Positions 1 to 14,904 of a stretch of 64,000 nt of DNA are shown here, piece by piece. Position numbers and translations under genes: made by a program. Position 1 is the stretch's first letter. Each line of letters begins with the position of its first letter. Where the stretch lies: contig MFNV01000006.1 in NCBI GenBank assembly GCA_001782165.1, positions 444 through 64,443 of the forward strand, in the 5' to 3' direction. The notes under the pieces are model-generated. The model was not told where the DNA came from and did no database searches. It saw only the letters and a list, made by a program, of their open reading frames with translations. Origin of the DNA: Candidatus Levybacteria bacterium RIFCSPHIGHO2_01_FULL_41_15. Lineage in GTDB: Bacteria > Patescibacteriota > Microgenomatia > Levybacterales > UBA12049.

Positions 1-1848
1 CTGTCTCCAGAAGTTTCCAACAGATACACCCATATCACTCCAGGAAAGAGTGCCTGAACCATTTGTTGTTAGAGCATAGTTTGCAGTCTCAGTTCCCGGC
101 CATGTATAGGTAAGATTCCCAAACCTTGTGGTTCCGTCTACCTCAAGCTCATCCTGGATATATAGGTCAGCTACTCCATCTGGGGTTGATGCTCCTGAGG
201 TATCAGAGGCAAAGAAGTTGTAGGCGTTGGCAGTTCCACCTCCAATATTTAGAGCATCAGAGGATAGAATATTTCCACCAGCTGCATCAATTACAAGATC
301 GCCATCTGTGTCTTTAGTAAATGTTGCAAAGGTAACTCCTGCATCCTTAAAGATAACATCTGCACCGTCTGCATCAAGGATAATATCTGTTGAGGAGTCT
401 AAGGTCATATCTCCTGTTGAATTTAAGTTTAAGGTTCCTGCAGGAGTAATGGTAAGGTTTGATCCGTCTGTGGTTGAGAGAGTTAAGTTTGTTGCATCGG
501 ATTGGAACTTGAAGTAGTCTCCCGTATCACTGTTTGGCTGGATGAGAACGTCTCCTGTTGTTGCACTACCTAGAGTCAAGGTTTGTTGAGCAGTAGTTGA
601 GAGTGTTCCTGAAGATAAAAGATATGCTCCTCCTGCTGTCCCTGCAGATAAGGAGGCTGTAGGAGTACCCGATGAGATGTTTAAGACTGCAAACTTAGCA
701 GAAGTAGATGCCTGTCCGCCGATAGCAAAGTCGACAGTCGAATTATTAGCAAACAAGAGCCCCGAACTCTGGCTCCAGAAGGTATCTCCCGTCTCCCCTG
801 TTCCGCAAGAGCCAAATGATGGCGCTGTTCCTCCCAGAAGACATTGAGAAGTTGTTCCTGCTGTTGTCTGGGCCAGGACTCCTGATCCATTGGTATATAG
901 AGGGCCACCGTTTGATGTAAAAGATGAAAGAGTGAGAGAAGAAAAAGTTGGTGATGCGCCTGTATGAATATTTTGGGGTAAAGAAAGTGTAATCGAGCCG
1001 GTTGATCCGGAAACAATAACCTGATTGCTGGTGCCGGTAAGCGATGTTACCCCCGCATTTGTAATCTTAAGGCCTGAAACAGATATTCCACCTCCTGCTT
1101 CAAGGGTAAGGCTACCGGACTTACCTCCGATAGAAAGAACCCCCGTATTTGTAATAGTCGGGGTTTGACCTGTTCCGACCGATATACCATCCCCTGCAAC
1201 CACTCCGTAGAGAACATTTGATGCTGTTAATCTTCCTGCTCCAGCATCGATATCCTGATCCTCGGTTATTATACCTCCTGAAAGAGTTGCTACTCCGACT
1301 GCCTTAATGGTATTTAGAAATTCTACATTTTGGGCAAACTCGCTTGGAACAGTTACTCCAAAAGTCAGACTGTCCGCCAGGTTTGCAGCCCCCAAAACTG
1401 CTTTCCCTGTCAACCTTGAAACTTCAGAATAGATAGGCTTTTCTTGGGTTTTCAAAATGCCTGCGAATGAAAGAATTTTGGAAAGATCAGGTTTTTTAAG
1501 AAGATTATTTGACTTAAGAGTTGCAAATCCAATACCAATTAGAACAATAAAGAACATTACAAAAACGGCTCCAAGCATCATCTTTTTGAAAACAATTATC
1601 GTCTTTACAAGCTCCTCAAGATAGTTTTGGGAGTGCGAAATAGAAACTTTTTCTGAAGCGGGTTGCAAGGTCTCCAATACTTCGCCTGCCTGCTGTCTTT
1701 TAAAGTTATCTATTTGCTCTGGGGCGTATCTTCTTTGATTGCCCGGAGTTCTATGAGGAATAAGAATGCCTTTTTCTTCCCATCTTCGAAGAGTTTTTGT
1801 TGAAACGCCCAAGATACTCGCTGCTTTTTGGATACTAAAAAGTTTCAT
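1..1848 (-). CDS. Large surface protein with N-terminal MerR/BldC-like HTH, one TM helix and a long Gly/Ser/Thr-rich extracellular beta region; runs off the window start
   Basis: Not in the ORF track. Manual translation from ATG 1848: MKLFSIQKAASILGVSTKTLRRWEEKGILIPHRTPGNQRRY (MerR-type HTH), then the hydrophobic MLGAVFVMFFIVLIGIGFA, then fibre-like text (ITNTGVLSIGGKSGSLTL, ITNAGVTSLTGTSNQV). The frame is open to position 1. Confidence 0.85.
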   Translation of the reverse strand, partial: MKLFSIQKAASILGVSTKTLRRWEEKGILIPHRTPGNQRRYAPEQIDNFKRQQAGEVLETLQPASEKVSISHSQNYLEELVKTIIVFKKMMLGAVFVMFFIVLIGIGFATLKSNNLLKKPDLSKILSFAGILKTQEKPIYSEVSRLTGKAVLGAANLADSLTFGVTVPSEFAQNVEFLNTIKAVGVATLSGGIITEDQDIDAGAGRLTASNVLYGVVAGDGISVGTGQTPTITNTGVLSIGGKSGSLTLEAGGGISVSGLKITNAGVTSLTGTSNQVIVSGSTGSITLSLPQNIHTGASPTFSSLTLSSFTSNGGPLYTNGSGVLAQTTAGTTSQCLLGGTAPSFGSCGTGETGDTFWSQSSGLLFANNSTVDFAIGGQASTSAKFAVLNISSGTPTASLSAGTAGGAYLLSSGTLSTTAQQTLTLGSATTGDVLIQPNSDTGDYFKFQSDATNLTLSTTDGSNLTITPAGTLNLNSTGDMTLDSSTDIILDADGADVIFKDAGVTFATFTKDTDGDLVIDAAGGNILSSDALNIGGGTANAYNFFASDTSGASTPDGVADLYIQDELEVDGTTRFGNLTYTWPGTETANYALTTNGSGTLSWSDMGVSVGNFWRQ

Positions 1849-1920
1849 AGGGCAGGTCCCGCCAATGGCGGGGCGGATTAAAATTTCCGCCTAGATCTTT
1901 TTCAAAATTTCGAAAAAGGA

Positions 1921-2000
1921 TGTCCAAGTTTGTCAACATTCTAAAGTAAGTCTGTCTAAGTGTGTCTAGGTTTTTGTCCATGTTTGTCCAAGTTTTCCAA
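1921..2000. promoter_or_regulatory. Tandem ~10-bp-period TGTCYAAG-like direct repeats; putative operator for the MerR/BldC-like HTH
   Basis: TGTC cores at 1921, 1931, 1953, 1963, 1975 and 1985, lying between a minus-strand sigma70-like promoter (TTGACA at 2034-2039) and the ATG at 1848. Confidence 0.5.
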
Positions 2001-2049
2001 TAATATATATATTACTACATATATGTGAAAAAATGTCAAGTGGTATAAT

Positions 2050-2163
2050 AATCTTATCAGAATCTTATCAAGTTACTGTCAGCGAAAATGAAAGATCAAA
2101 TTTTTGAAGCTAAATTTTTCACAATTTTCCCTATTGCCAAAATGATGAGATTATGATAAATTT
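2050..2163. promoter_or_regulatory. Paired AATCTTATCA direct repeats plus an inverted pair overlapping the Fic-HTH promoter; putative operator
   Basis: AATCTTATCA at 2050 and 2061. Near reverse complements TGATGAGATT at 2143 and TGATAAATTT at 2154 have the same 11-bp spacing and follow TTGCCA (2134). Confidence 0.5.
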
Positions 2164-2168
2164 TAATT

Positions 2169-3898
<1,730 letters not shown>

Positions 3899-3947
3899 CC
3901 AAGTCTGACTTGGTAACAATTCTGACTTGTTGTAGAATAATTTTATG

Positions 3948-4071
3948 ACCCGTTCGAGGCATTCGACTGAGCTCAGCCGAAGTCCAAGTTCAGGCCATCG
4001 GCTCTGAGGACTTCGACGGTGAGCTCAGTCGAACCGCTCAGGCTTGAAGAGGTCATAGTGAGGTATTCGAA
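3948..4071. repeat. Cluster of REP-like palindromes (TTCGACTGAGCTCAGCCGAA type)
   Basis: ttcgactgagctcagccgaa and cttcgacggtgagctcagtcgaaccgctcagg are hairpin-forming units; related units occur at 21896 and 44819. Confidence 0.65.
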
Positions 4072-4073
4072 CT

Positions 4074-4778
4074 ATGAACATTAATCAAATAGTAATCCTA
4101 GATATAGCATTTGCTCTTTTGGTGGTCTCTGTAGCTCTCTGGGTAATGGTAATCTCTTATTCTCAACTTCTTAAAAAAATGAACTCGTATCAGAGGCAGG
4201 CAGATGATCTTAAAAAGCAAATTAACTATAAGGAATCTCGGATCATTGATGAGGCAAGGGAAAAAGCAAGGGAAATTATTGATGAAGCTTTGGAAAAAGC
4301 GCAAAGAGTGATAAGCGAAAGCCAGTCGACTAATTCTCAGGCAAAGAAAATGCTTGATGATGCTCTTGAAGCCTTAATAAAACATCAGATTTCCTATTTT
4401 GAGAAAGCATCTCAGGATTTCCTGAATGAATACAGGAGGGAGCTTGGAGCCCTGAAGCAAAGAAGTGTACAAATAGCTCGAAATGTATCAGAAGATATAG
4501 GAAAGCATACTCTTGAAGAGGTGCAGGATTTTGACAGTATTCTTCAAAAAGAAACTATTGCCGCCCAAAAAATCGTAGAAGACAAGATCGAGGACCAATA
4601 TTCCGGGGCCCAAAAAGAAGTCGAAGAGTACAAGAATGAAATGATGAAAAAGGCTGAGGAAGAAATCTACAAAATTCTTGAAAATGTTTCAAAAATTGCT
4701 CTTGGAAAAGGACTATCACTTCAAGAACACGAACAACTTATAATCGATGCTTTGGAAAAAGCTAAAAAAGCCGGGTAA
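4074..4778 (+). CDS. atpF: F-type ATPase subunit b-like peripheral stalk (elongated, 234 aa)
   Basis: N-terminal TM, long coiled coil (IIDEAREKAREIIDEA), b-like C-terminus (SKIALGKGLSLQEHEQLIIDAL), located before delta. Confidence 0.7.
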   Translation: MNINQIVILDIAFALLVVSVALWVMVISYSQLLKKMNSYQRQADDLKKQINYKESRIIDEAREKAREIIDEALEKAQRVISESQSTNSQAKKMLDDALEALIKHQISYFEKASQDFLNEYRRELGALKQRSVQIARNVSEDIGKHTLEEVQDFDSILQKETIAAQKIVEDKIEDQYSGAQKEVEEYKNEMMKKAEEEIYKILENVSKIALGKGLSLQEHEQLIIDALEKAKKAG

Positions 4779-4790
4779 AAATAGCTTCTT

Positions 4791-5294
4791 ATGCAAAATA
4801 ATCTGCCCAGTTCTGATATTTTCAAAAACTTGAGGACCCTCAAGGAGACAGAAGAATTCTTGTCCCAAATCAATAATACCCTTGAGAGCCTTTTCAAAAT
4901 TAAAAGGGGGAGCTTTTCACAGGTTCTTGATAAAAATATGGGGGCGGAGAATGCCCAGATTCTAAAAAAAATCGCAGAGGAAAAGAAGATAGATCTTTCG
5001 AATCATTCTTCACTTGAAAAGCTTCTTTTTGAAATTAAACAGGAAATTTCAAAAGTCAAGGTTCTTAAGCTTTATCTTGCGATTGATCCCACTCCTCAGA
5101 TCATTGAAAATACTTCTTCATGGGTCAAGGAAAATTTAGGAGAAGACGTGGTCCTGGATATAGAAAGGGATGAAACAATCCTAGGTGGGGCTATAATTTC
5201 CTTTGATGGTCAATACAAGGATTTTTCTCTTAGGAAAACACTTGATGAGATCTTCAAAAGTAAAAGAAATGAAGTTTTTGCCCTTATCAAATGA
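4791..5294 (+). CDS. atpH: F1 ATPase subunit delta (divergent)
   Basis: OSCP/delta C-terminal motif DETILGGAIISFDGQYKDFSLRKTL; precedes alpha. Confidence 0.85.
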   Translation: MQNNLPSSDIFKNLRTLKETEEFLSQINNTLESLFKIKRGSFSQVLDKNMGAENAQILKKIAEEKKIDLSNHSSLEKLLFEIKQEISKVKVLKLYLAIDPTPQIIENTSSWVKENLGEDVVLDIERDETILGGAIISFDGQYKDFSLRKTLDEIFKSKRNEVFALIK

Positions 5295-6761
5295 AAGATT
5301 TTACTGCCTATCTAAATGAGACTGAAGAAATTGGATATGTTGAGCAGGTTGCTGATGCAATAATTTATGTATCAGGCCTTCCTAAGGTTAAGGTTGATGA
5401 AATTGTGGTCTTTGAAACAGGAGAGTTCGGCCATGTTTTCTCGATAAATCCAGATTTTGTGGAAGTTCTAATATTTTCCAAACAGCATATTCAGCCCGGG
5501 ACACGAGTGGCAAGAACCAATGAAGTTCTTCGGATTCCGGTAGGATCCGGGCTTCTGGGAAGAGTAATAAATCCTTTATGCCAGGCGATAGATGATGGAA
5601 AACCAATACAAGGCTTATCTGAAAGAAGACCCATCCACCCCCCTGCACCTGGGATAATAGAGAGAAAATCAATCACCAAACAGTTTGAAACAGGGGTTCT
5701 TTTGGTTGATCTTGCAATTCCCTTAGGACACGGGCAAAGAGAGTTAATTTTAGGTGAGAGAAAAACCGGAAAAACAAACTTTCTGACCAGAACAATTTTG
5801 ACCCAAACAAAAAAAGGGAACATATGCGTTTATGCAGGCATAGGAAAGAAAAAAATGGATATTAAGAAAGTTGCGGAATTTTTCAAAAAGGAAGGTGTTT
5901 TAGATAAAATGGTTATTGCTGCAACAGGGTCTAGTGATTCAACAGGACTTATTTATCTTACACCATATATGGCTATGACAATTGCCGAATACTTCCGGGA
6001 CCAGGGGAAAGATGTTCTTCTTGTTCTTGACGACATGACTTCGCATGCTAAGTTCTACAGGGAAATTGCGCTTCTCGGACGAAGATTTCCCGGCAGAAAT
6101 TCATATCCAAGCGATATTTTTTATGCCCATGCAAAACTTATGGAAAGAGGAGGAAATTTTAAGACAGACAAAGGAGAGGCTTCCATTACATGCCTTCCTG
6201 TTGCCGAAACCTCTCAGGGTGATTTATCAGGATATATAGAAACTAATCTGATGTCTATGACAGACGGGCATTTATACTTTGACAGAGATCTTTTTTATTT
6301 GGGTCGAAGACCTGCAATACATCCATTCTTATCCGTCACTCGTGTAGGAAGACAAACCCAGGATGTCTTAAGAAGAGAACTCTCAAGGGAAATAATGAGT
6401 TTTTTAAATCTTTATGAAAAGATGCAGAGTTTTGTTCACTTCGGCGCAGAAATAAATGAAAATATAAAAGCTACCCTCTCAATGGGAGACAAAATTATAG
6501 CTTTTTTCACTCAAATCACACCCCATGTGATGCCCTTAAAGCTTGAAATGGCACTCTTTGCGATGTTCTGGGCAAATCTTTGGGACGGAAAAGACGCAAA
6601 TTCTATAAAAGATGAGATGTATAAGACAGCAGAAGCCTATAATTCAGATGAAAAAATAAAAAAAAAGATTGACAGTCTTTCGGAAACAGATTCCTTCAAC
6701 AAAATGCTTGGAATTATAAAACAAGAGGGGCCGGGATTATTAAAGGAGGTGCTTGTTAGAA

Positions 6762-6772
<11 letters not shown>
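5291..6772 (+). CDS. atpA: F1 ATPase subunit alpha
   Basis: GHGQRELILGERKTGKT, AEYFRDQGKDVLLVLDD, RRFPGRNSYPSDIFY, SMTDG, SVTRVG (Arg finger). Confidence 0.95.
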
Positions 6773-9376
<2,604 letters not shown>

Positions 9377-9380
<4 letters not shown>

Positions 9381-10261
9381 ACAGCTTTTCTATAAGCTGC
9401 TCTATGTTTTGTTTTAATTTTTTCAACATTTGGCGTCTCAAAGTGTTCTATCAGAAATTCCATTGTCTCTTTTGGATCCTGAGTATTTACAAAGATTCCG
9501 GTTCCTATCTCAAATCCTCCCAGAATTTTTGCCCTTGGCATAATTCTTAAATACCAGTTATTTCCAGGATAAATATAAAAATTAAATGGAAATTCATGGC
9601 CATGCCTTAAATCAAGTATTTGAATAATCCGTTGTATTATAAAAGATAAATCCTGAATTTCCGAATCCGAAGCGTCACCGAAGACTTGAGACTTCTTGGA
9701 AGATATCCATATCTCGTCAGGCCATTGACTTGACAATGGACAATAAATTAGAAAATATTCTGTTTCTATCCTGTCTGATACTGTCGGGTCTTCGTCTTTA
9801 GAATTGCGGGCAGGAATATCAAGTTCTACATCATTTGGAATGACAGTTAATTGAGTATGGGGGTGGGGCAAGCTCTCTCCTCCCCTCTCTCCTCTGTTGT
9901 GAAATATGTAAACCCGCCCTTCGTTTCTATAAGTGTTATATCTTTGCCGGTAAGTATCAAAAATCAAAACGACCTGATCAAGCGGAAGCTCTTCGAAATT
10001 TTTATGGTGGTCGGGCGAGTGAATTATAATCTCATGAAACGGGGCAAATGGAAACTTATTTAAAATCACTCTTATCTGCCAGTTATCCTCCGGATCCTTT
10101 CCTCCGACTCGGAAGGCCGAAGGCTCTTCTTTCTCTCTTCCGATACAAAAGGGGCAAAGAGGAGAAACTGTCTTTGCGGCATCGGGCCTTTCTGCTCTCT
10201 TTGGAGCAAAAATTGTCCACTTGCCGGATATCGGATTCTTAATAAATTTAAAATCACCCAC
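9377..10261 (-). CDS. GalT-like (galactose-1-phosphate uridylyltransferase family) nucleotidyltransferase
   Basis: APKRAERP, CPFC, NKFP, GESLPHPHTQ (HPH catalytic motif). Confidence 0.85.
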
Positions 10262-10348
10262 TGTTAATAGTATTAAATATTATGTACTAAGTATCAAGTA
10301 TATATTTGGTCAGCTGTTCAATGGTAAATCTGTCAATTTGTTAATTTG

Positions 10349-11500
10349 TTATTTGTTGATTAGTTGACTATAAACCCTTTCGTATCCGTCCACCATTTTT
10401 TCAACAGTAAAATTCTCCTCAACATGTTTTCGACAAGCACTTCTGTCTATTTTGTCTATATTTTTTACAGCTTCAACCAAGCCCTCTATTCCGGTTTTTT
10501 TAATAATAAAGCTTCCTTTACCTTTATGATTGTTCCCCTCATCAGGATCAACTATAAAACCCGTAATTCCATCTTTTATTATCTCGGATACAGATCCATG
10601 GTTATAAGCAACAACAGGTGTACCGCAGGCCATCGACTCAATCATTACCATACCAAACGGTTCTTCCCAAAGAATTGGGAATAGAAGTGCCTTGGCATTC
10701 CTCAAGAAACTACCCCGATCTGCTTCGCCAAGAAACGTTTCATCCTCAATAACACCCTTATTAAGATGGGGTTTTATTTTTGTTTGATAGAAGGCAAGCT
10801 TTCTGTATGCATCATCTCCAACCATTCGGAGCGTAACTCCTGCTTCCTTGGAAGCAGTAATTGCTTCAACAACTCCTTTTTCTTTAATATACCGACCGAT
10901 GAAAGCAATGTATCCTTGATTCCCATCTCCAAAGGAGAATTTCTTTGTATTCACGCCATGGTAAATAACGCCTACAGATTTTACTAATCCACTAAAATTC
11001 TTTAATTGGGACTCACTAATAAAAATATAGTTGTCATTTCTAAAGTGTTTAAACCGCCAGTACTCCAGATGTTCTCTTCGAGGAAGTGGATCGTGAATCG
11101 TATACACAGTTGGTAAATCTGCAAGTCTGTTTATATAATGAGCCATGAAGTCATGGTAGGAATGCATGATATCAAGCTTTTTCTCTTTCCCATGAATATA
11201 TGCTTTCATGCTTAGGTCAATTTCGTACTCTGTTTTTGTAGCAATGTGAGCGTTCTTTAGTTTTGTAAGCCGGTCCAATCCACGGAATTTGGGGCTTATA
11301 AAGTCTTGCTCGATGAACTCACGATGTCCCTCGACAAGATATGCTTTTGTGTTTGTTCCTGGAGCAGCATATACATACACTGTATGTCCCCTTCCAACCA
11401 ACCCATCTACAAGACTTAAGAATAATTGCTTAGGAGCAAAGATTTTATTTTTATATTTACTCCCCATATAGACAGATGGAAGAAGCATCCCAATTTTCAT
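10349..11500 (-). CDS. Glycosyltransferase family 4
   Basis: EEPFGMVMIESMACGTPVV (EX7E), GRYIKEKG. Confidence 0.92.
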   Translation of the reverse strand: MKIGMLLPSVYMGSKYKNKIFAPKQLFLSLVDGLVGRGHTVYVYAAPGTNTKAYLVEGHREFIEQDFISPKFRGLDRLTKLKNAHIATKTEYEIDLSMKAYIHGKEKKLDIMHSYHDFMAHYINRLADLPTVYTIHDPLPRREHLEYWRFKHFRNDNYIFISESQLKNFSGLVKSVGVIYHGVNTKKFSFGDGNQGYIAFIGRYIKEKGVVEAITASKEAGVTLRMVGDDAYRKLAFYQTKIKPHLNKGVIEDETFLGEADRGSFLRNAKALLFPILWEEPFGMVMIESMACGTPVVAYNHGSVSEIIKDGITGFIVDPDEGNNHKGKGSFIIKKTGIEGLVEAVKNIDKIDRSACRKHVEENFTVEKMVDGYERVYSQLINK

Positions 11501-11505
11501 ATTCT

Positions 11506-12630
11506 TTACCGTTCTCCTATAAGTTTCCTATAAAGCTTTTCATAGTTTTCAACCATTTTCTCAGCACTAAACTCTTCCTCAATTCGCATTCTACAATTGT
11601 CTGAGATTTTTTGATACTCATTTGTGGAAAGACTGTTGATTTTTTTCATAGCCTCAGTAAGTCCATCAACTCCACCTATAGGATCTATAGTGTAACCTGT
11701 CAAACTATCTACTACTATTTCAGGGACACTTCCTCTTTTATAAGCAAGCACCGGCGTTCCACATGCCATAGATTCTGTCATTACTAATCCAAACGGTTCT
11801 TCCCAGTGAATGGGAAACAGAAGTGCTTTGGCATTTTGGTAGAGATTCGCTATCTCTTCTCTTTTTAATTTTTGTTCCGAAGATGGCTCACCCACAAACT
11901 TAATCTTTAAAGATAAATGTGGGGCAATAATTGTATCGTAAAATGCTCTGTCCTCAACATTCCCAACGATTCGTAATTCTTCCCCTAACCGTTCTGCGGC
12001 CATGATAGCATCTCGTACTCCTTTGGGATCCAAAAATTTCCCGCTTTTATCTTTTACCTTGCTCATACGCCCAACAAATAGAAAGTAGGATCTTTTTATA
12101 CTCGTTGCCTTGCTAAATAATGTTATATCAATGCCATTATAAATGACAACTGATGGAAGATTAAGTCGTTTTTGAGCACTTTTAGATATGCAAACAAGAT
12201 GAGTTTTTTTATAGGTATCCGAGAGCGCCATCACAAGTTCTTGCGTTACCTGAGCATGAATTGTAGTAACAACGGGTATTGTATAAGAGTGTGCTGCAAG
12301 GAGTGGTAAAAACTCGGGATACATATGATTGTGAATAATATCGAACTGATCTTGATGGATTACGGCTTCCATAATTTCGTGGGAAATGTACGCAGTCTCT
12401 GTATAAAACGGATTTTCGGAAGGGGGAAGAAAATTTAATCCTTTTTTAGAAATCCCAACTATTTCAATGCCTGGAATGTACGAGTCTGAGCTTGCAAACA
12501 CAGTCACCTTGTGCCCTTTTTTAAATAATCCAGTTGCCAAATCAACAATAATACGATTTCTGCTGACGGTAGTTGTGGGATTAAGAGAACGTCTTAACGG
12601 CGCCAACATTCCTATCCTGAGCTTAGTCAT
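11506..12630 (-). CDS. Glycosyltransferase family 4
   Basis: EEPFGLVMTESMACGTPV; paralogous to the neighbouring gene. Confidence 0.92.
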   Translation of the reverse strand: MTKLRIGMLAPLRRSLNPTTTVSRNRIIVDLATGLFKKGHKVTVFASSDSYIPGIEIVGISKKGLNFLPPSENPFYTETAYISHEIMEAVIHQDQFDIIHNHMYPEFLPLLAAHSYTIPVVTTIHAQVTQELVMALSDTYKKTHLVCISKSAQKRLNLPSVVIYNGIDITLFSKATSIKRSYFLFVGRMSKVKDKSGKFLDPKGVRDAIMAAERLGEELRIVGNVEDRAFYDTIIAPHLSLKIKFVGEPSSEQKLKREEIANLYQNAKALLFPIHWEEPFGLVMTESMACGTPVLAYKRGSVPEIVVDSLTGYTIDPIGGVDGLTEAMKKINSLSTNEYQKISDNCRMRIEEEFSAEKMVENYEKLYRKLIGER

Positions 12631-12633
12631 AGA

Positions 12634-13899
12634 TTAAGATCCATTTCTTGCAAAAAATTGATTTATTGATCCAATAATACCAGAAAGCTGAGGGCTGGTT
12701 CCTTTTACACGGGCTATATATTCTGAAGTAGAATAGCGGAATTGTTTATAAATTGCTTCAAACTGATCTGCAATCTTATCCCAAGTAAAACGTTCCCTTA
12801 CTGTATTGTAGGCTTCGTCTGCTATTTTTTTGCGGAGCGCATCATTTTCAAGAAGCATATTTATCGTTTCTGCAATCTGTTTGCTGTTTCTCGGCCGTAT
12901 AAAAAAACCATTCACACCGTTTTTAATAAGAGAAACGACTCCTCCCTTTCTGGTAGCTACAACGGGCGCATGAGCGGCCATAGCTTCAAGAATTGTCAAT
13001 CCGAGTGGCTCTTCCCATACACTTGAGGATATATACACATCTGCCCTCTCATAGAAAGCATGAAAGAATCGAAGGTTTGTTGGATTTATGTAACCCGCAA
13101 GCACAACATTTCTCAGCCGTCGTTTTTTGATTTCGTGTTCTAGATGTTTCCTTTCCGAACCATCTCCAACGATTAATACCGTTCCATTAATTGAGGCAGC
13201 TGCGCGGACAAGATAGATTACTCCTTTATTCTCTGTCAATCTCCCGGTAAAAAGAACCACTTTTTTATTAAAAAGATTGTATTTTTTATTTATGAAAGTT
13301 ATCTCTCCGGGATCTCTTTTGTAATTTGATAGATTTACACCCCCCATAATTACACTACTTTTCCGCCTCAAATCATCACCAAACATATCAAGGTACCAAC
13401 GTTTTGTAAAATCACTATTCGCAGTGATAAATCGTGCTACCCGATTCGCATCATTAATAAGTCCGATGAACCGATTATCTGAAGAGAGATAATTTAGATC
13501 GCTTCCATGAGTCGTAATAATAAATTTAATACCAAAAAGGATTTTGATAAGCCTTGCAATACCTGGTAAAAATGCCGTATGGAATACATGGATTATTTCC
13601 GGATCAAACTCAGAAACAGCATCGATTGTGGCCTTAAGATAGCTGGCGTAGATGTAACCAAGCTCTTTCCCATTCATATCTTCAAACCTCTTTGCACGTG
13701 GTAATTCTGGATGCCCAACGAATACGCCCATTTGCGGGGGTTCAACCACGTAGTGTTTTATGCCAGGAAGTTTTCTCTTGTCAGGAGCAATAATCGCCAC
13801 GGTGTGTCCCCTCTTTACAATTTCCCCAGTCAGTTCTCTTAAAAAAGCAGCGCTCCCATTACCCCACAATGGAAACATATATAAATAAAGTATTTTCAT
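12634..13899 (-). CDS. Glycosyltransferase family 4
   Basis: FTGRLTENKG, EEPLGLTILEAMA. Confidence 0.92.
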   Translation of the reverse strand: MKILYLYMFPLWGNGSAAFLRELTGEIVKRGHTVAIIAPDKRKLPGIKHYVVEPPQMGVFVGHPELPRAKRFEDMNGKELGYIYASYLKATIDAVSEFDPEIIHVFHTAFLPGIARLIKILFGIKFIITTHGSDLNYLSSDNRFIGLINDANRVARFITANSDFTKRWYLDMFGDDLRRKSSVIMGGVNLSNYKRDPGEITFINKKYNLFNKKVVLFTGRLTENKGVIYLVRAAASINGTVLIVGDGSERKHLEHEIKKRRLRNVVLAGYINPTNLRFFHAFYERADVYISSSVWEEPLGLTILEAMAAHAPVVATRKGGVVSLIKNGVNGFFIRPRNSKQIAETINMLLENDALRKKIADEAYNTVRERFTWDKIADQFEAIYKQFRYSTSEYIARVKGTSPQLSGIIGSINQFFARNGS

Positions 13900-13913
13900 T
13901 TTGGTTAATTATA

Positions 13914-14651
13914 TCATTTACGAGGCTTTATGGATTTTGTAAAGAATCTTTCTTTAAATACCAATAAAATAAACGTTACAAGAGAGATTTGTCTTTTGAT
14001 TCTCCAAGGTTGAATAATCAATCTAAAAAGCCATTCAAAACCTAAGCTTCGAACCCATAAAGGCGCCCTTTTTACCTTCCCTGAAATAAAATCAAAAGCT
14101 CCCCCTACCCCTATTACTACCTTTACCGAGAGTCTGTTAAGATTTTCGTAAATCCAAATTTCTTGTTTAGGCGACCCAAATGCGACAAAGAGAATGTCAG
14201 TAGCTGGTATCTTAGTTATGGATTCATGGTTATGAAACTCTGAACTAGCGAAAGTTACTTTCAAGCCCGGATATTTTCCCTTTAAGCACTCGGCGGTTGT
14301 TTCTGCTATTTTAGGTCCTCCTCCCAAAAATCCCACAGTTATAGGCTTTTCTGCAACCCCTTCACAAAGCTTTTCCAATAAGTCTACACCGGTAATTCTA
14401 TGCTTGAGAGGTTTTCCCAGAAATTTACTTGCCCATACAACACCCGCTCCGTCAGCCAAGGCTATTTTTGCCGAATTTAAGACTTTTGTATAAAATTCAT
14501 CATTACTTGCGATAACCAAAATTTCGGGGTTTGGGGTAACCACATAATATTTTTTTGATGATTTTTTAAGACTTTTGACTATATACTCTAGGACTTCTTC
14601 AGGAGTTACATTAGAAAACCCAATTTCTAATAAATTTATTTTCTCAAGCAT
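13914..14651 (-). CDS. WecB/TagA/CpsF family glycosyltransferase
   Basis: VTPNPE, ADGAGV, RITGVDL, VAFGSPKQE, GVGGAFDF, RAP, GFEWLFRL. Confidence 0.93.
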   Translation of the reverse strand: MLEKINLLEIGFSNVTPEEVLEYIVKSLKKSSKKYYVVTPNPEILVIASNDEFYTKVLNSAKIALADGAGVVWASKFLGKPLKHRITGVDLLEKLCEGVAEKPITVGFLGGGPKIAETTAECLKGKYPGLKVTFASSEFHNHESITKIPATDILFVAFGSPKQEIWIYENLNRLSVKVVIGVGGAFDFISGKVKRAPLWVRSLGFEWLFRLIIQPWRIKRQISLVTFILLVFKERFFTKSIKPRK

Positions 14652-14904
14652 AGTTAATTTACTATAAGCCTTTAGTAAAATTTCGCTAAATGTTGATTTT
14701 TAGCATATTTGGGTACTTTATATACCCAAACTTACCCATAAAATCTACACTCATAGACTCGGAAAAACAATAAATTTTATTTGTCTTTTCAAGATAAATA
14801 CTATAAACCATAAGTACTGTGAAAAATTCTATTTTTTTATAAAACTTTTTATCTTTTGCAAAGCAGACGGGAAAATTATAGGATAAAAAAAGAAGATTTT
14901 CAAT

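Noticed and set aside
126-1016. Short ORFs 126-317, 227-517 and 681-1016 from the ORF track
   Set aside because: They are shadow frames of the long minus-strand ORF starting at 1848. The same applies to most short ORFs overlapping the large genes.
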